A stretch of DNA of 64,000 nt from Glaciecola sp. (lineage in GTDB: Bacteria > Pseudomonadota > Gammaproteobacteria > Enterobacterales > Alteromonadaceae), in the NCBI GenBank assembly GCA_018623155.1, contig JAAZVZ010000003.1, positions 59,373-123,372 on the forward strand, read 5' to 3'. Under the pieces are notes generated by a model. The model had not been told where the DNA came from and searched no databases. It saw nothing but the letters and a program-made list of their open reading frames with translations. A program made the translations under genes and the position numbers. Shown one piece after another: positions 63,176 through 64,000 of this stretch (its first letter is position 1; each line of letters begins with the position of its first letter).

Positions 63176-64000
63176 CTAGCTTCTATCTTTTCTAATTAAC
63201 TCATATGCAGATTGAATTTCTTGAGCCTTCACTTTGGCCTTCTCAATGGCTGCCTCTGGCAAGCCTTTGCCGAGTAATTTATCTGGATGGTGTGCATTCA
63301 TTGCTCTTTTGTAGGCTTTTTTGAGCGTTCTATCATCGGCATCTGCTGGTACATCTAGGATTTGATAGGCATCTGCAAGCCGCTGTTGAGCATTGTATGG
63401 TGGAGCTTGATGCGCTTTTCGATAAGAGTGCTCGTGAGCCTGTCTTGCGCGGTCTTCAGCATATCGCCTAAACTCTTCTTGTTTTTGCCTCGCTCTATGC
63501 TGCGCTTCCGCTTTGGCTTGCTCAAACGCTTGCTTGCGTTGACGAAAGCGCATTTCAGCCTCACATTGTTTTATTTTGGTATTGAGTTGTTTAGCACTAA
63601 AGCCCAGTTGCGAAGCAATCTTGGTCAATAAATTCATCTCATTGATCGATAACTCCCCATCAGCAAAGGTTGCCTCAATCAAAATTTCCAAAAATACGTT
63701 CAATACATCCGAGCGATTTTGTACGTCTTTGATTAATTCATGCAACTGACCTTCTAGGGGGAAATGGGGGTCTTTGCCCTCGCGAAATGCTTTTTGCGCT
63801 TCAATGCGAACCGCCCCAGTCAGTTTCATGTCATCCATTAGGCGGTTAGCAACGTCTATTTCACTTTGAGTGACAGTGCCATCTGCTTTGGCGATGTGAC
63901 CCAAACAACCAAAAAGAGAGTGGAAGAATATCGCACTCGAGGTGAGCTCGCGTTTGTCAGAGAAAAACTGAGAAAAATTCATCCCTCCAGAAAAATCTTT
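63176..64000 (-). CDS. djlA: Co-chaperone DjlA (TerB-like domain plus C-terminal J domain), 5' end probably beyond the window
   Basis: C-terminal J domain (AYKRAMNAHHPDKLLGKGLPEAAIEKAKVKAQEIQSAYELI) and a central TerB-like region, collinear with E. coli DjlA from about residue 45. The frame stays open upstream of the track ATG (63982) to the window edge, and the expected N-terminal TM segment is missing. Confidence 0.8.
   Translation of the reverse strand, partial: KDFSGGMNFSQFFSDKRELTSSAIFFHSLFGCLGHIAKADGTVTQSEIDVANRLMDDMKLTGAVRIEAQKAFREGKDPHFPLEGQLHELIKDVQNRSDVLNVFLEILIEATFADGELSINEMNLLTKIASQLGFSAKQLNTKIKQCEAEMRFRQRKQAFEQAKAEAQHRARQKQEEFRRYAEDRARQAHEHSYRKAHQAPPYNAQQRLADAYQILDVPADADDRTLKKAYKRAMNAHHPDKLLGKGLPEAAIEKAKVKAQEIQSAYELIRKDRS

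Overview
Gene-dense, roughly 95% coding by my calls. This looks like a syntenic core-chromosome segment of a moderately AT-rich gammaproteobacterium. Gene order and protein sequences resemble marine Alteromonadales/Vibrionales, but the taxon is inference only. Left to right: (1) a phosphate block, with pit (edge-truncated), phoU-pstB-pstA-pstC on the minus strand and ppk-ppx divergent from it; (2) central carbon genes tkt-epd-pgk plus a class I aldolase; (3) metK, an M48 protease, mscS, rsmE-gshB-yqgE-ruvX, pilT-pilU, yggS-proC-yggT, yaaA, tal-pgi and ung; (4) thrLABC with a recognisable leader peptide and attenuator; (5) aceK, a secreted M24 peptidase and yaiI; (6) a small patch of poorly characterised genes at about 38.9-42.2 kb; (7) a carboxy(nor)spermidine dehydrogenase/decarboxylase pair; (8) rsmI/lpoA-yraN-diaA-dolP, sspAB, petABC, rpsI-rplM, mazG-relA-rlmD, acpS-pdxJ-recO-recJ-dsbC and djlA (edge-truncated). 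I saw no rRNA, tRNA, CRISPR array, transposase, integrase or phage genes, and no broken genes. I did not find a convincing novel multi-gene system; this is mostly ordinary housekeeping DNA. The best leads, all of moderate interest, are: long-form PstC/PstA permeases with large unexplained inserts and no pstS; the uncharacterised gene patch around ppiC (a small ORF coupled to ppiC, a DUF3833 plus chalcone-isomerase-like secreted pair, and a 131-aa orphan); a Firmicute-like class I aldolase in the epd-pgk-fba slot; a recJ-recO operon junction; and the fact that all nine convergent gene junctions are 21 nt or shorter. Several track ORF starts were trimmed to internal starts based on homology, Shine-Dalgarno (SD) sites or overlap logic.
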